A stretch of 64,000 nt of DNA from Octopus vulgaris. Taxonomy: Eukaryota. Shown piece after piece: positions 13,991-26,840 of the stretch. The stretch spans positions 163,432,001-163,496,000 of the forward strand of contig OX597817.1 in assembly GCA_951406725.2 (NCBI GenBank), given 5' to 3'. Position 1 is the stretch's first letter. Each line of letters starts with the position of its first letter. Made by a program: the position numbers and the translations under genes. The notes beneath the pieces are model-generated. The model saw nothing but the letters and a program-made list of their open reading frames with translations, searched no databases and had not been told where the DNA came from.

Positions 13991-15954
13991 GTAATAATAA
14001 TAATAATAATGATAATAATAATGATAATAATAATAATAATAATAATAATAATTATAATGATAATAATAATAATAATAATAATAATAATATTGATGATGAT
14101 GATGATGATGATTATAATGATGTGATGATAGATTTAACCTATATTTATATTGATCTTAGTACGACGACTCTGGTAAGATTCGAAGCTCAGACTATTTTTG
14201 CCTCCACTCAGACAAAGGAATAGAAAGGAGCAAGATACCAAGCATTGCATTAGATATAAAAAGCACATTATTGATTGAAGTCATTCTTGTATCACTTCCC
14301 AGAGAAGAATGACCTAGAATTTAGAAGCATAACAGAGCTACACCGAATCAATTGCTTGTGATTCACATGACTGGAGGTTAATAAAAAAAAGAAAGCGTAA
14401 TGAAAGAAAACCTTGATTGTAAGATGTATGATTTATAGAATAATGAAATAAAAAAAATTCTAGCAAGCAGCTGCCTTCAAGGTATGATGCTACTTTCGTG
14501 AGCTAAGCACTTCAAGACTTGGTGTAAACTACTTTAGTCATACGACTTCCGTCAGTTTTCATCAATTAATATATACAGATTTACACATGTAGTGATGTAT
14601 ATATATATATATAAGATGATGGCTTCATGACAAATTTAATTTACTGCAATAGAAAGAAAATCGTTGACGAAATTTGTATATTAGAACGAATGAGTAGTCG
14701 TAATTCCCTATCGTTGAAACAATCAAGATATACTGCTAAGTAGGAAACATTAAAAAAACATATTTTTATGTCACATTAAAGTCTTCTTTATGTGTCCATA
14801 AAACCACAGTGGTTATAAATCAAGCACAAATTTTGTGCAATCCATTGTGAAACATTTCTAAAACAAATGAAACCTATTTTCCTTTCTGCGCTAGAACAAT
14901 ATCAAACAATATGGCCGTACATGTCTTCTGTAAATTTTCATTAATTCATTCTATACTTTATATAAAAATTATCCAATGTGATACAAACATATCTACAACC
15001 AGGGAATTCAATTTGTAATAAATAGGAAATGATGAAAATGATAAACAGCCAATATTAAGCGATAAAAGCGATAAAAGTGGGCAACTATCATAAAGTTGAT
15101 GAAACATAGGTTTATTATATTAAACGACGAAGAAGATTACTTTTTCCCAATACATTATAACAGGCACATTTTGCACAATAAATTCACGGTAGATATATAA
15201 ACCTTTCATTGTGGTTAAAAATAGTAGCTTAATATTATTTAATATTAAACGAAGTGAGATCGGTAGAGTGACAGACACGTTAGAGCATCAGTAATCGCTT
15301 CGGCAGATTTTGTTTCTGTTCTTCACATTCTGAATTAAAATCCTGTGGACATCATCTTCTCCTTCTGGGCTCGATAAAATAAAACTTCCACTCAACTTCT
15401 CGGTCCAATATATTCAAGTACTTTCTATCCCAAATTTATCATCTTCAGCATAAGTTAGAAATCAATATTACGCTAAATGAGTATGGTGTGTTCGCCTTGC
15501 GGCAGACGGAGAGCAGTGTGAAAATTAGTTTCTTTTTTCATTTAGCTCTCTGAGATAAATCCAATCGCAGTCGACTACGCATTCTTCCTTTCAGGTTGGT
15601 AAATTACTCACTAGTATACACAATTTTCGTCTGCTAAATTCTTTTACAAACTATGAGTCAATTCGGGACTATAATAGAAGAAACCTTCGCAAGGTGTCGC
15701 GCATTGGGATTGAGAATGAAATTGCGTGGTTGTGAAACAAACTTCTTAACTCCACATTCACACCTAAGCCTTGATGAAGATTTTATGTCTTTATGCATTA
15801 TGATATGCTTTCCTATACGTATAGTCACACATAAAACGAAAAGAACGCTCTTTCGAAAACCAGTATAAACTTTCAAAAGTATAAAATGAAAATAAACTGC
15901 ATTTATACACTAAAATAAGCTTTTCTCCATAGAAGCACACAATAAGAAAATATT

Positions 15955-16505
15955 ATTTTCTACTCTAGGCACAAGACCCGGGATTTTGGGAGAGGAGGCC
16001 AGTCGATTAGATCTACCCCGGTACGCAACTGGTACTTAATTTATCGACTTCGTAATGATGAAAGGCAAAGTCGACCTCGACAGAATTTTGAACTCAGAAC
16101 GTAAAGACAGTAAAACATTTATTAAGGCATTTGCGCAGGCGTGACTGTATTTAAGAAGCTTGGTTTTGGGTTCAGTCCCAATGCGTGGTACTTTGGGTAA
16201 ATGTTTTCTACTACAGTACCGGGCCAACAAGTACCTTGTGAGTAAATGCAGTGAACGGAAACCGTCGTAATATATATATATATATATATATATACACGCA
16301 CACACACACATACACCGCTTGACAACCGGTGTTGGATTGATTTCATCCCCTTAACAAACCATAGCGGTTCGGCAAAAGAGTACGATAGGATAAGCACCAG
16401 ACTTTAAAATAAGTACTAGAATCGACTAGTTCGACGAAACCTTTCAAGGTGGTGCCCAAGCAAGGTCACACTCCAATGACCGAAAGAAGTAAAAGAAAGA
16501 TAAAA
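15955..16505. mobile_element. Adjacent family A (-) and family B (+) SINEs
   Basis: Family A core 16010-16105; family B 16135-16505 with internal (TA)n(CA)n. Confidence 0.75.
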
Positions 16506-16698
16506 AGTAAGATCGACAATTTTGATAAACATTTGAACCATGACATAAAGTAATAATTGCCTGCATAAAAACTTTTCTGATACATGAACTGGTATATGTT
16601 TGCCATATAATTATTTCATATCTTTTATTGGCTGCCGTGTGTTATCATGCTTAAGCTGTGTTTCACATAGAATTTTATTATATATTATATGGATATAT

Positions 16699-17082
16699 GG
16701 AAGCACTCCGTCGGTTACGACGACGAGGGTTCCGGTTGATCCGAATCAACGGAACAGCCTGCTCGTGAAATTAACGTGTAAGTGACTGAGCACTCCACAG
16801 ACACGTGCACCCTTAACGTAGTTCTCGGGGATATTCAGCGTGACACAGAGAGTGACAAGGCCGGCCCTTTGAAATACAGGTACAACAGAAACAGGAAGTA
16901 AGAGTGAGAGAAAGTTGTGGTGAAAGAGTACAGCAAGGATCACCACCATCCCCTGCCGGAGCCTCGTGAAGCTTTAGGTGTTTTCGCTCAATAAACACTC
17001 GCAACGCCCGGTCTGGGAATCGAAACCGCGATCCTATGACCACGAGTCCGCTGCCCTAACCACTGGGCCATTGCGCCTCCAC
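16699..17082 (-). mobile_element. tRNA(Arg)-like-headed SINE, family C (octopus OR-like; name tentative), tail type 1
   Basis: Minus-strand head GTGGAGGCGCAATGGCCCAGTGGTTAGGGCAGCGGACTCGTGGTC...GGTTTCGATTCCC; its tail is shared with 24370-24552. Confidence 0.85.
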
Positions 17083-17512
17083 GCTTATACAGTATATATT
17101 CTATTAAACAATATAGTTTTCATGACTTGTGTTCGCTATCTGTCATCTGTCCTGATTAAATTAATAATGTATGAAAAAAATAAATTGGCCATCTTGATCA
17201 ACATCGGCCATCTTTGTTTTACGCTTCTCTGTTTCAGAAGGCAAATGACTACGTACCGCTAGCTTTTTGTATCTTTTCCCTGTTTTTCTTTGTTTTTGTC
17301 TTTTTGCGAGGTGATGAAAATCTAGTCATTCTCTCTCCTTTTCTCTCTTTCTTCATATATATGTGTGTGTGCGCGCGTGTGGTGTATGTGCGTGCGGGGG
17401 TATGTATGTATGTAGACAGGTAGACGGGTCATTCGAAATTTTCTTTCCTCAGATAATCCTCGAAATTTCTGCTGATTATATGTATATAAGAGACGTACGT
17501 ACACTTTAGTCT

Positions 17513-17555
<43 letters not shown>

Positions 17556-17560
<5 letters not shown>

Positions 17561-17683
17561 GTCCCCCAAAATGTATACACACCTTAAATAATTGTAAATT
17601 TGTTATTCTTTGTAAGCCTAGTACTTATTCTATCGTTCTCTTTTGCCGAACCACTATGTGTATACATTTTTGGGGACACCCTG
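17556..17683. mobile_element. Tc1/mariner-type mini-MITE inside (TA)n
   Basis: ~27-bp terminal inverted repeats AGGGTGTCCCC(C/A)AAAATGTATACACA (17556-17582 and 17657-17683) with TA on both flanks. Confidence 0.75.
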
Positions 17684-17733
17684 TATATATATATATATAT
17701 ATATATATAAGAGACGTACGTACACTTTAGTCT

Positions 17734-17792
<59 letters not shown>

Positions 17793-17812
17793 CATACATA
17801 CATACATACTTA

Positions 17813-18587
17813 CAGTAGAACCTCGCTGCACGAGTGCATCATAGTACGAGCAATTTGCTGTACGAGCCGAAGCTCGTGGGAATTTTTGTCTCGAAGTACG
17901 AGCGGATATCAGCGGTACGAGCGAGTTTAATACAAGCGACCACTAGTTGATGCTGAGCTCGCACACGCTCTCCCAACAATCGCAGCCTCCGCTTGGTCAG
18001 TTCACGTGTTTATCTCGTTGTGGCAGCATCTCTATAGTATTTTCCCAGTGTTTTTTTTTTGTTTTTGTTTTGTTTTGTGTACTTTTGCTGTTATTTTATA
18101 ATAATTAGTTGTGTTAGCCATGGGTCCTAAGAAGGTTAGTGCAAAGGACAGTTCCGAGAAGAAAAAGTTGGTTACGATAGAATTGAAAAAGGAAATCATT
18201 GATAAACATGAGCGAGGAGTGCGTATGGTGGACAGAGCACGTCAATACAGCCGAAGACTCGGTGATCTGCACCATCCTGAAGAAAAAGGACGAGATCAAG
18301 GCCTTTACAACAGCCAAAGGTTGTCCCTAAGATCTCAAAGCAACATCTGTCCACGAAGAGATATATAAAAATTGCTTCTCCTGTGGATCAACGAGAAACA
18401 ACTCGCAGGGGGCTACAATAACGGAGACCATCGTGTGCGAGAATTTTGAGGGTGGTTTTAGTGGGACTGGAACGGATTAATTATATTATAATTAATTTCA
18501 ATGTGGAAAATTGATTTGTAAAACGAGTAAATCGTAAAACGAACTCGGTCATATAACGAATTAAACTCGTACTGTGAGGTACCACTG
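17813..18587 (+). mobile_element. Internally deleted Tigger/pogo DNA transposon
   Basis: TIRs CAGTAGAACCTCGCTGCACGAGT and (rc) CAGTGGTACCTCACAGTACGAGT, left flank TA; ORF remnant MGPKKVSAKDSSEKKKLVTIELKKEIIDKHERGVRMVDRARQY is the CENP-B/psq HTH N-terminus of a Tigger transposase, frameshifted afterwards. Confidence 0.9.
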
Positions 18588-19777
18588 CATACACACACAC
18601 ACACACATATATACATGGCCTGCTCGCTTAGCCAGCGGGGTGGCGTCATTTGAAGGCTAAAACAATGCGAAGTGCATTGTGATCAGCGATGTATAGTAGC
18701 AACATCTGATAGCCTGGTCGGTCACGGTGATCATGGTGATATATACACATACACTCAGGTAGATAGATAGATAGATAAAGAGAGAGATAGAGAGAGAGGG
18801 AGAGAGAGAGAGAGAGAGATGCATGTATCTATCAATGCGTGTATGTATCTTTCTGCTTGTGTTTGTTCCGCACCCCCCTCCGCTTGACAACGGGTGTTGG
18901 TTTGTTTACGCCCCCCTTAACATAGCGGTTCGGCGAAACAGAATGGTAAAATAATTACCAGACTTAAAATAAAAATGCTGCAGTCGATTTGTTCGACCAA
19001 ACGCTTTAAGGTGGTGCTCCAGCATGACTGCAGTACAATGGCTGCCAAAAGCAAAAGATAAAAGGGGTTTTTTTTTTTGTAATATAGTTAGAAAATTGCG
19101 AATGCCAAACTGCGCAAAATACAACTGATACAGTATGACATGAAAGTTTGACTGACATATCTATGTAATTTAAAATGGAGATAAAAAAAAATCTGCTCAT
19201 AAACAAAAACGAAAGAAATATCACATAAAAGCAGATTGTTGATGGAAAAACAAAGTTATTTATGTATGTGTCTTGGAGATAAAAATTGTTTTGCTGTTCA
19301 GTAATGTGGTGTACAAAAATAAAATTATCAAATAGTTTATTGGTTTTTTGCTAATTTCCAAGATATTTGGAAAGAAACCACAATGAATAATCAACATTAA
19401 TATGAAACGACATTTTCTTTTTAAAAAGATGTATCATCCATCTGAAAGTTTGAAAATCTTCTTCACCTAAATACTCAATTAAACACTATAACCGATAGAC
19501 TCAATCTTCTTTCACTTGGTTTATACAGAATTACCATTTTAAACGACGAGGAAATAGCTTGTCAGATACATTGCTTCTATTTCAAGGAGCAGCGTTGATC
19601 TTTTAGCTTTACCGTCTTTTTATCAAAACAGTTCGGTATCGAAATTTAATGCCTGGTTGAAAAATAATAGATATTTTATATTGAAACTTAATGACAACTT
19701 AAAAATAACAAACACACGCGTGTGCACGCGTACACATACATACATACATACACTTGCACATACACACACTTATATAT

Positions 19778-20010
19778 ATTTCTTTACCACTCACTAGGGG
19801 CTAAACACAGAAGGGACAAATAAGGACAGACAAACGGATTAAGTCGATTACATCGACCCCAGTGCGTAACTGGTACTTTATTTATCGACCCCGAAAGGAT
19901 GAAAGGCAAAGTCGACCTCGGCGGAATTTGAACTCAGAACGTAACGGCAGACGAAATACGGCTACGCATTTCTCCCGGCGTGCTAACGTTTCTGCCAGCT
20001 CGCCGCCTTA
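19778..20010 (-). mobile_element. Family A SINE, young copy with TSD
   Basis: Full head, core and tail; ACACACACTTATATA on both flanks. Confidence 0.9.
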
Positions 20011-20504
20011 ACACACACTTATATAAAACATTGGCAAATTTTGGCGTGTCTTTGTACATGAAAACAAGGGGGTTAGTGGTTAGGGTATTTGGCTCATGAT
20101 CTTAAGGCTATAAGTTCGATTCTCAGTGGCGCGTTGTGTCCATAGAGCAAGACCCTTTTATTTCATGTTGCTCCAGTGCACTCAGCTGGCAAAAAATGAG
20201 TAGTACCTGTTGTTCAAAGGGCCAACCTTGTCATATTCCGTGTCGCTTTGAGTCTCCTTGAGAATTCCGTGTCGCAAAAATGTGTTGCGGTATTTCTACC
20301 GGCTTTACCTTCTGGGTTATAATTCCGCAAAAATTTCCCCCCTCCGCAAAAATTTCGGGCTTTGTGCCTAGAGTAGAAATGAGTATTTCGCGATTGTCAT
20401 ATCTCAGCATTTCCTCTGCCCTAACTCCATACAACCATTTACAGTAATATCTTTCACGACGACTCATGTGATAAGCTATGCCGTATGGCGTAGACATGTC
20501 ATTT

Positions 20505-20916
20505 TTTTTTCTTGCCCACAAGGGGCTAAACATAGGGGGGACAAACAAGGACAGACAAACGGATTAAGTCGATTACATCGACACCGGTGCGTAACTGGCA
20601 CTTAATTTATCGACCCCGAAAGGATGAAAGGAAAAGTCGACCTCGGCGGAATTTGAACTCAGAACGTAGCGGCAGACGAAATACCTATTTCTTTATTACT
20701 CACAAGGGGCTAAACATAGAGGGGATAAGCAAGGACAGACAAACGGATTAAGTCGATTACATCGACCCCAGTGCGTAACTGGCACTTAATTTATCGACCC
20801 CGAAAGGATGAAAGGCAAAGTCGACCTCGGCGGAATTCGAACTCAGAACGTAGCGGCAGAAAAACACCGGAATGCATTTGGCCCGGCGTGCTAACGTTTC
20901 TGAAAGCTCGCCGCCT
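20505..20916 (-). mobile_element. Dimeric family A SINE
   Basis: Two tandem units joined at GAAATACCTATTTC (plus strand, 20678-20691). Confidence 0.9.
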
Positions 20917-21367
20917 TGGAGACATTTCATTTTAATGAAATGTTAGAGACGTGTATATTTCATACAACGTGTTTAATAACGTCTCTAAAAATATTCATAA
21001 AAGCGAATGATAGCTGCCTGCTTGGTAGTTTCAATGTTTCTTTGCAATACATTTTTCCTATATTGAAGAAGCAGCATTACGTTATGAGGATTAACCCAGT
21101 GACCTTATTGATTATTTAGTATTGCGTTAGGTTTCTTTAACAGAAGTGTGTAGAAAACGAAGTCAAGGCCAACATTTGTAGGTATTATTATATTATTTTT
21201 TTTTTTTGCTTGTTTCTGCTTTACTTAGTTATTTTCATTAATAAACTGGCAGCTTTGGAACTAGAGTCAATATCTTCTGTCCAGGTTTAGAAATATGTTA
21301 TATATATAAACTATGTTGCACTAATTTGGACATCGGTTTACTGGTCAGACACACACACTTGTATATA

Positions 21368-21406
<39 letters not shown>

Positions 21407-21409
21407 TGT

Positions 21410-21539
21410 TATTCTTTTACTTGTTTCAGTCATTTGACTGCGGCCATGCTGGTGCACCACCTTTAGGACTTAACATAAACACACCAGCATCAGTTGTCAA
21501 GCGATGGTGGAGGGACAAACACAAACACATAAATACATA

Positions 21540-21603
<64 letters not shown>

Positions 21604-21765
21604 TACAGGCTTCTTTTAGTTTCCTTCTACCAAATACACTCACAAGACTTTGGTGGGTCCGAGGCTATAATAGAAGACATTTGTCCAAGGTGCCAGCAGT
21701 GGGACTGAACCTGGAACCATGTGGCTGGTAAGCAAGATTCTTTCCACAAAGCCACTCCTCCGCCT
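21410..21765 (-). mobile_element. Family B SINE with internal (CA)n(TA)n
   Basis: Same head and tail blocks as other family B copies. Confidence 0.8.
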
Positions 21766-21849
21766 GTGGATTTGGGAGTAAAATTTCATACGTTCACTAT
21801 AATTAAGTTGATATTTTCAGGTAAAAATTGCTAAAAGAATTGATTAACA

Positions 21850-22240
21850 TTATTTACATTTTACATTTGACGGATATTTGTCCTAATCTTGTTTGTTGTT
21901 AACACAACGTTTCGGCTGATATACCTTCCAAACTTCATCAGGTGTCCTGGGAAAATTTCGAATCTGGTTTGTCATTCCTAAGGTATTTTTCGATGATGTT
22001 GTTGTTATTATTATTATCATTATTATTATTATTATTCCCGTGGGCATATGGCGTAGTGGTTAAGAGTGCGGGCTACTAACCTCAAGATTCCGAGTTCGAT
22101 TCCAGGCAGTGACCTGCATAATAATAATAATAACATCGGGAAATACCTTAGGAATGAGTACCCAGGTTCGAAAATTCCCCAAGACACCTGGTGAAGGCTG
22201 GAGGGTATATCCGTCAATTGTAAATAATGTAAATAAAGGA
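21850..22240. mobile_element. Inverted pair of hammerhead-bearing Penelope-like termini flanking a tRNA-like Pol III head
   Basis: The left arm (about 21850-22000) is the reverse complement of the right arm (about 22125-22240); tRNA-like segment 22042-22114 has A-box TGGCGTAGTGG and B-box GTTCGATTCC; hammerhead-like motif on the minus strand at 21946-21901. Confidence 0.65.
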
Positions 22241-23067
22241 TTGATTAATTTTAAAATAAATTTGTATAATATAAGACCATCGGCATTGTAAAAAAATCTT
22301 AACTGTCGTTTCAATAAAGGCCTATATATGTGGTTGTGAATTATTCTTGAGTGGACGGTATGTGGGATATTCAAACCGCTGTCAAACGATCCCATACTGA
22401 TTTCTAATGAACCAGTAGGCTATCTTTTTTATGGTGGCAGATATTTTGACAAGATGTAGAGTTTTCCTGGCAGTATAATTCTTTCCACAACAGGCACGAA
22501 GTCTGTAATTTCGAGGGAAGAGTTTAGTCGATTATATTAACCATCCCACCTCCAGAGCGTGACGGATAGATATTTTGTGGACCTTGGAAGGATAAGGATG
22601 GCGGAATTATAACCCAGAACGTAAAGCCGGTAGAAATACCGCAACACATTTTGTACGGCTAACTTACGATTCTGCCACTATCATCTATAGTCATGTATGT
22701 TTTGAAAAAACAAAAACAAACTAGAACACAGGTGGAAAACGATTTCGAGATAGAGAGATAAAATTCTCTTTTATTGCTGTTATTTTAAACAAACTAATGA
22801 CGGTACTACTCTAGTTCCGTTGGCAGAGATAATAACCTTAATAACTTATCGTTAATATTAATTAAATTATTTTCGTTTCACAAATTGATCCATGCTGGCT
22901 TTATGCAATATTGATTAATTAACATTTTAGGTCAAAGGCGAAATTCTCCTTATGGATCTCTGAAAATGATATATATTTCTCGTTTAACTAAACAGTCTAC
23001 TCTGTTGACTAAATGAAGCTTATGGGCTTTAATTTTTGTATCCTTATGTTAGCTTTTTTATTCTTAG

Positions 23068-23620
23068 TTTTAATACCTCCGTTTTAGCGAAGGTGAAGGA
23101 ATTGTTTTTAATTGTGTTTGTTTGTTTGTTTGTCCGTGGACAAGAGATTTCAAGAACCGCTGGATGGATTCGAATGAAACTTTCAGGAATGTTTGGCCTC
23201 GTGAGTGGCACGAACTGATTAGATTTTGGGATCTGTTTGTTTATTACCCATGCGGGCTAACATAGAGGTGACATAACATGTGGGACATAAAACATATATA
23301 AAAAAATAGAAAGGAATATTATAATGTATGAAGACATGAATATGGAAATGACACCACTCGCAAAGCAACTAAAAAAAAAACGATTTAATAAACCACCGAC
23401 ACAAAATTACAACTGGCACGCACTGATTCGGCTTTGGGATCGATCGGTACCGGACACGGATTCTCGATTATTTTTTCCGTTTTTTTTTTTTAGTATTCTC
23501 GTTTGTGAGAGCAGTCGAGTTTATTTCAGATATTCTCATTAAAAAATCGTTTCCGCCTAATCGTTGAAAGGACGTTGGTGTCACCTTGGCGGAGGTTCGC
23601 ACCCTCTGAGTGCCCTTGTT
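23068..23620 (+). mobile_element. Helentron-associated non-autonomous element (HINE/DINE-1-like) with an internal insertion
   Basis: Subterminal inverted repeat ACCTCCG (23075-23081)/CGGAGGT (23590-23596), (GTTT)n near the 5' end, 3' hairpin GCAC-CCTCTGA-GTGC, T-rich flanks. Confidence 0.7.
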
Positions 23621-23774
23621 TTATATTATAGTTTCGGTCAATAGTCTCTGATAAATATTGACTTGTTTGTATTTTTCTACGACGTAAAATATCTTGACTT
23701 GTATTTTTGTTGTTTTTTTTTAATGAGAAATTATTTTGGATTTCTTCATGTTCGGAATATAAGACTTTCGTGTA

Positions 23775-23990
23775 AAGCGGTGAGCTCGCAGAATCGTTAG
23801 CACGCTGGGAGAAATGCTTAGAAGCATTTCGTTCGCCTTTATGTTCTGAGTTCAAATTCTGCTGAGGTCGACTTTGCTTTTCCTCCTTTCGGCATCGATA
23901 AAACAAGTACCAGTAGAGCACTGGCGTCGACGTAAACGACTTACCCCATCCCACAAAACTGCTGGCCTTGTGCCAAAATTTGAAAGCAAC
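23775..23990 (+). mobile_element. Family A SINE (alternative tail)
   Basis: Head GCGGTGAGCTCGCAGAATCGTTAGC, B-box and core present. Confidence 0.8.
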
Positions 23991-24254
23991 ATTAGAGTTA
24001 TGCCTTCATTGGAAGATGTGGGTCTTGTCTGCTACGTGTACGAATCTTTTAGAATCTCATCAGAAACATATACACCCCCCTCTGTCACACTCACAAATGC
24101 ATATACACACAAACACTCTCCCCCATATATATATTATTTAATCTCATCTGGGTAATGAACTTATACCATATACAAATATATATGATGGCTACCTCGCACG
24201 GTTTGTGCCTATGTATGTTGTGTGATTAAATGTCCATTACGCTGTTTGTAATGC

Positions 24255-24552
24255 GTGGTTTGGTGGTTAGGGTATTTGACTCACGATCGCAAGGTCGTGA
24301 CTTCAATTCCCGGCGACGCGTGCGTCCTTAAACAAGACACTTTATTTCACGCTGCTGGTAAAAATGTCTAGTACTTGTATTTCAAAGGTCCGGCCTTGTC
24401 ACATTGTGTCATGCTGAATCTCCCTGAGAACTACGTTAAGGGTACACGTGTCTCTGGAATGCTCTGTCACATGCACGTTAATTTCACGAGCAGGCTGTTC
24501 CGTTCATCAGATCAGCTGGAACCATCGTCGTCGTCGTAAACGGAGGAGTGCC
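24255..24552 (+). mobile_element. Family C-related SINE, tail type 1
   Basis: tRNA-like head plus a tail matching the reverse complement of 16699-16880. Confidence 0.7.
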
Positions 24553-24769
24553 TGTAGTATATTATAATCTATGCAGTCTCAAAATCCGATTGTCGATGGC
24601 TCAAGGCGAATGTGGGTCACTAGTCTGATACTAAGTGCTAGATTAGCTTATCTCGGTCTAAAAGAGGGATTAAATTTCACCACAATTTAATAAATCGCTT
24701 ATCAATTTCAGAGAGTCCGTGATAGCTTACAGCTACTATCTATATTTACACGGTGGTATCTGTTGTTGA

Positions 24770-25177
24770 GGGCGGTGAGCTGGCAGAAACGTTAGCACGC
24801 CAGGCGAAATGCTAAGCAGTATTTCGTCTGCCGCTACGTTCTGAGTTCAAATTCCGCCGAGGTCGACTTTGCCTTTCATCGTTTCGGGGTCAATTAAATA
24901 AGTACCAGTTACTCACTGGTGTCGATATAATCGACTTAATCCGTTTGTCTGTCCTTGTTTGTCCTCTCTGTGTTTAGCCCCTTCGATAAACAAGTATATA
25001 TTTCTTTACTACCCGCAAGGGGCTAAACACAGAGGGGACAAACAAGGACTGACAAACGGATTAAGTCGATTATATCAACCCCAGTGCGTAACTGGTACTT
25101 AATTTATCGACCCCGAAAGAATGAAAGGCAAAGTCGACCTCGGCAGAATTTGAACTCAGAACGTAACGGCAGACGAC
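24770..25177. mobile_element. Tail-to-tail inverted pair of family A SINEs
   Basis: Plus copy 24770-24983 is followed after ~17 bp by a minus copy at about 25000-25177. Confidence 0.9.
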
Positions 25178-26024
25178 GATACACAAGTGTATCTTAGACT
25201 CAATCAGAATTAAGAATAGTCAATACAATACACAGTAAATACAAAGTTAACACCTTTGAAACGGGCCTCAGTTGGATGTTTTGAAATACTTATTCTAACT
25301 CGAGAAGTTTATGGCATTAGTACTGATAATTTTCTGAAAATTTATTTTACAGAACTAAAATCTACTTCGTAGAGTGGAAATGTGTGTGAAGAGTATCTGT
25401 GTATATGCTTCTGAAAGTATTCGTGACTGTTGCTGTTAATACTTCTATACGTGATGATGTGTGTACACTAGTGTTATATATTTACTATTTTTAGTGCTAG
25501 CAAGAAGGAAAAGAATGCGATGATAATGCCAGCTTCCAGTGTGTGAGGGTCATTATCTCTGATAATCTCTCTTGGTGACCTTACATGTGTAAGAACGCTG
25601 TAGACTATGTTAAACCCTCTCTCCCTCTTTCTATCTCTCCTTCGCTCTCATGTGTTTTGTTTTACTAACACGTCACTTGTAATGGCGTCATTCATTTGAC
25701 TTTTGTTAGTGAATGTTAGCTCAGCAGACGACTTTTACTTTCAACCAAATGCTATCACTAATTTCTGTTTGTAACACCTCATTGGTCGTTTTTGATCAAT
25801 CGTTCTGTATCGTTTTGTTATAAATATTGGTATATACTATGCTGAAGCTTATTTTTGACTAAACATCTGAAAAAATAGTGGGAGAAGTTATTAGTCTTCC
25901 AAATCATATGTTCTCTTACCTTTCTTTCTGCATCCCCCCCTCTCTCTCCCCACACAGACATGCATACAACAAACATGGATACAAACACCCAGTGTAATAC
26001 TTTACATATCTTCGGTGCTGCTGT

Positions 26025-26500
26025 CTTCTTCTTCTTCCAATCAGGACTCACACCATTAGCCACAAAGAATAACCTCTAATTCGAGCCTACTCTAAGCTAC
26101 TAAGAATGCGTGTGGCAACTTGAAGATCCACCCACCACACGCAATAGACTGGCGGTTGCACGGGCGCGAAAGCTACGTTGTTTTCCTCATTCCGTAAACG
26201 GTGGCTTTTAACGTGTGGAGAGCTGAACCATCCTGGGGTACAGAGGATTCGCAATCTAGATTAGGGTCTGAAAGTTTACCACACCATAGTTCCTCTGCTT
26301 TGTGGCAGAAGTAGGAAGAAAGAGTGAGAGAAAGTTGTGGTGAAAGGGTACAGCGGGGTTCACCACCATCCTCCGACGGAGCCTCGTGGAGCTTAGATGT
26401 TCTTGCTCAATAAACACTCACAATGCCCGGTTGGGAATTGAAACCGCGTTCTTACGACCGCGAGTTTGCTTCCCTAACCACTGGGCCATTGCGCCTCCAC
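26025..26500 (-). mobile_element. Family C SINE, tail type 2, with 12-bp TSD
   Basis: CGGTGCTGCTGT at 26013-26024 and 26501-26512; (GAA)n tail; head as in 16699-17082 but an unrelated 3' half. Confidence 0.9.
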
Positions 26501-26616
26501 CGGTGCTGCTGTTGCTTCACACAGTCCTAGATGTCATTGTAAAAGAAGCTATCCGTTGACTTATAAAATATCTACAAACACGACAACTATTTGCCCATGG
26601 ATCTGCTTCTCACAGC

Positions 26617-26840
26617 AGCGAGCTGGCAGAAACGTTAGCACGCCGGGCGAAATGCTTAGCCGTATTTCGTCTGCCGTTACGTTCTGAGTTCAAATTCCAC
26701 CGAGGTCGACTTTGCCTTTCATCCTTTCTGGGTCGATAAATTAAGTACCAGTTACGCACTGAGGTCTATATAATCGACTTCATCCGTTTACCTTGTTTGT
26801 CCCCTCTGTGTGTAGCCCCTTGTGGACAGTAAAGAAATAT
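26617..26840 (+). mobile_element. Family A SINE
   Basis: Full unit; GCTTCTCAC on both flanks. Confidence 0.85.

Noticed and set aside
22042-22114. Possible tRNA-Ser(ACT) gene; likewise the tRNA-like heads near 17082, 26500 and 36269
   Set aside because: Acceptor and T stems pair poorly and each is fused to repeat bodies; these are SINE-type heads rather than functional tRNAs.
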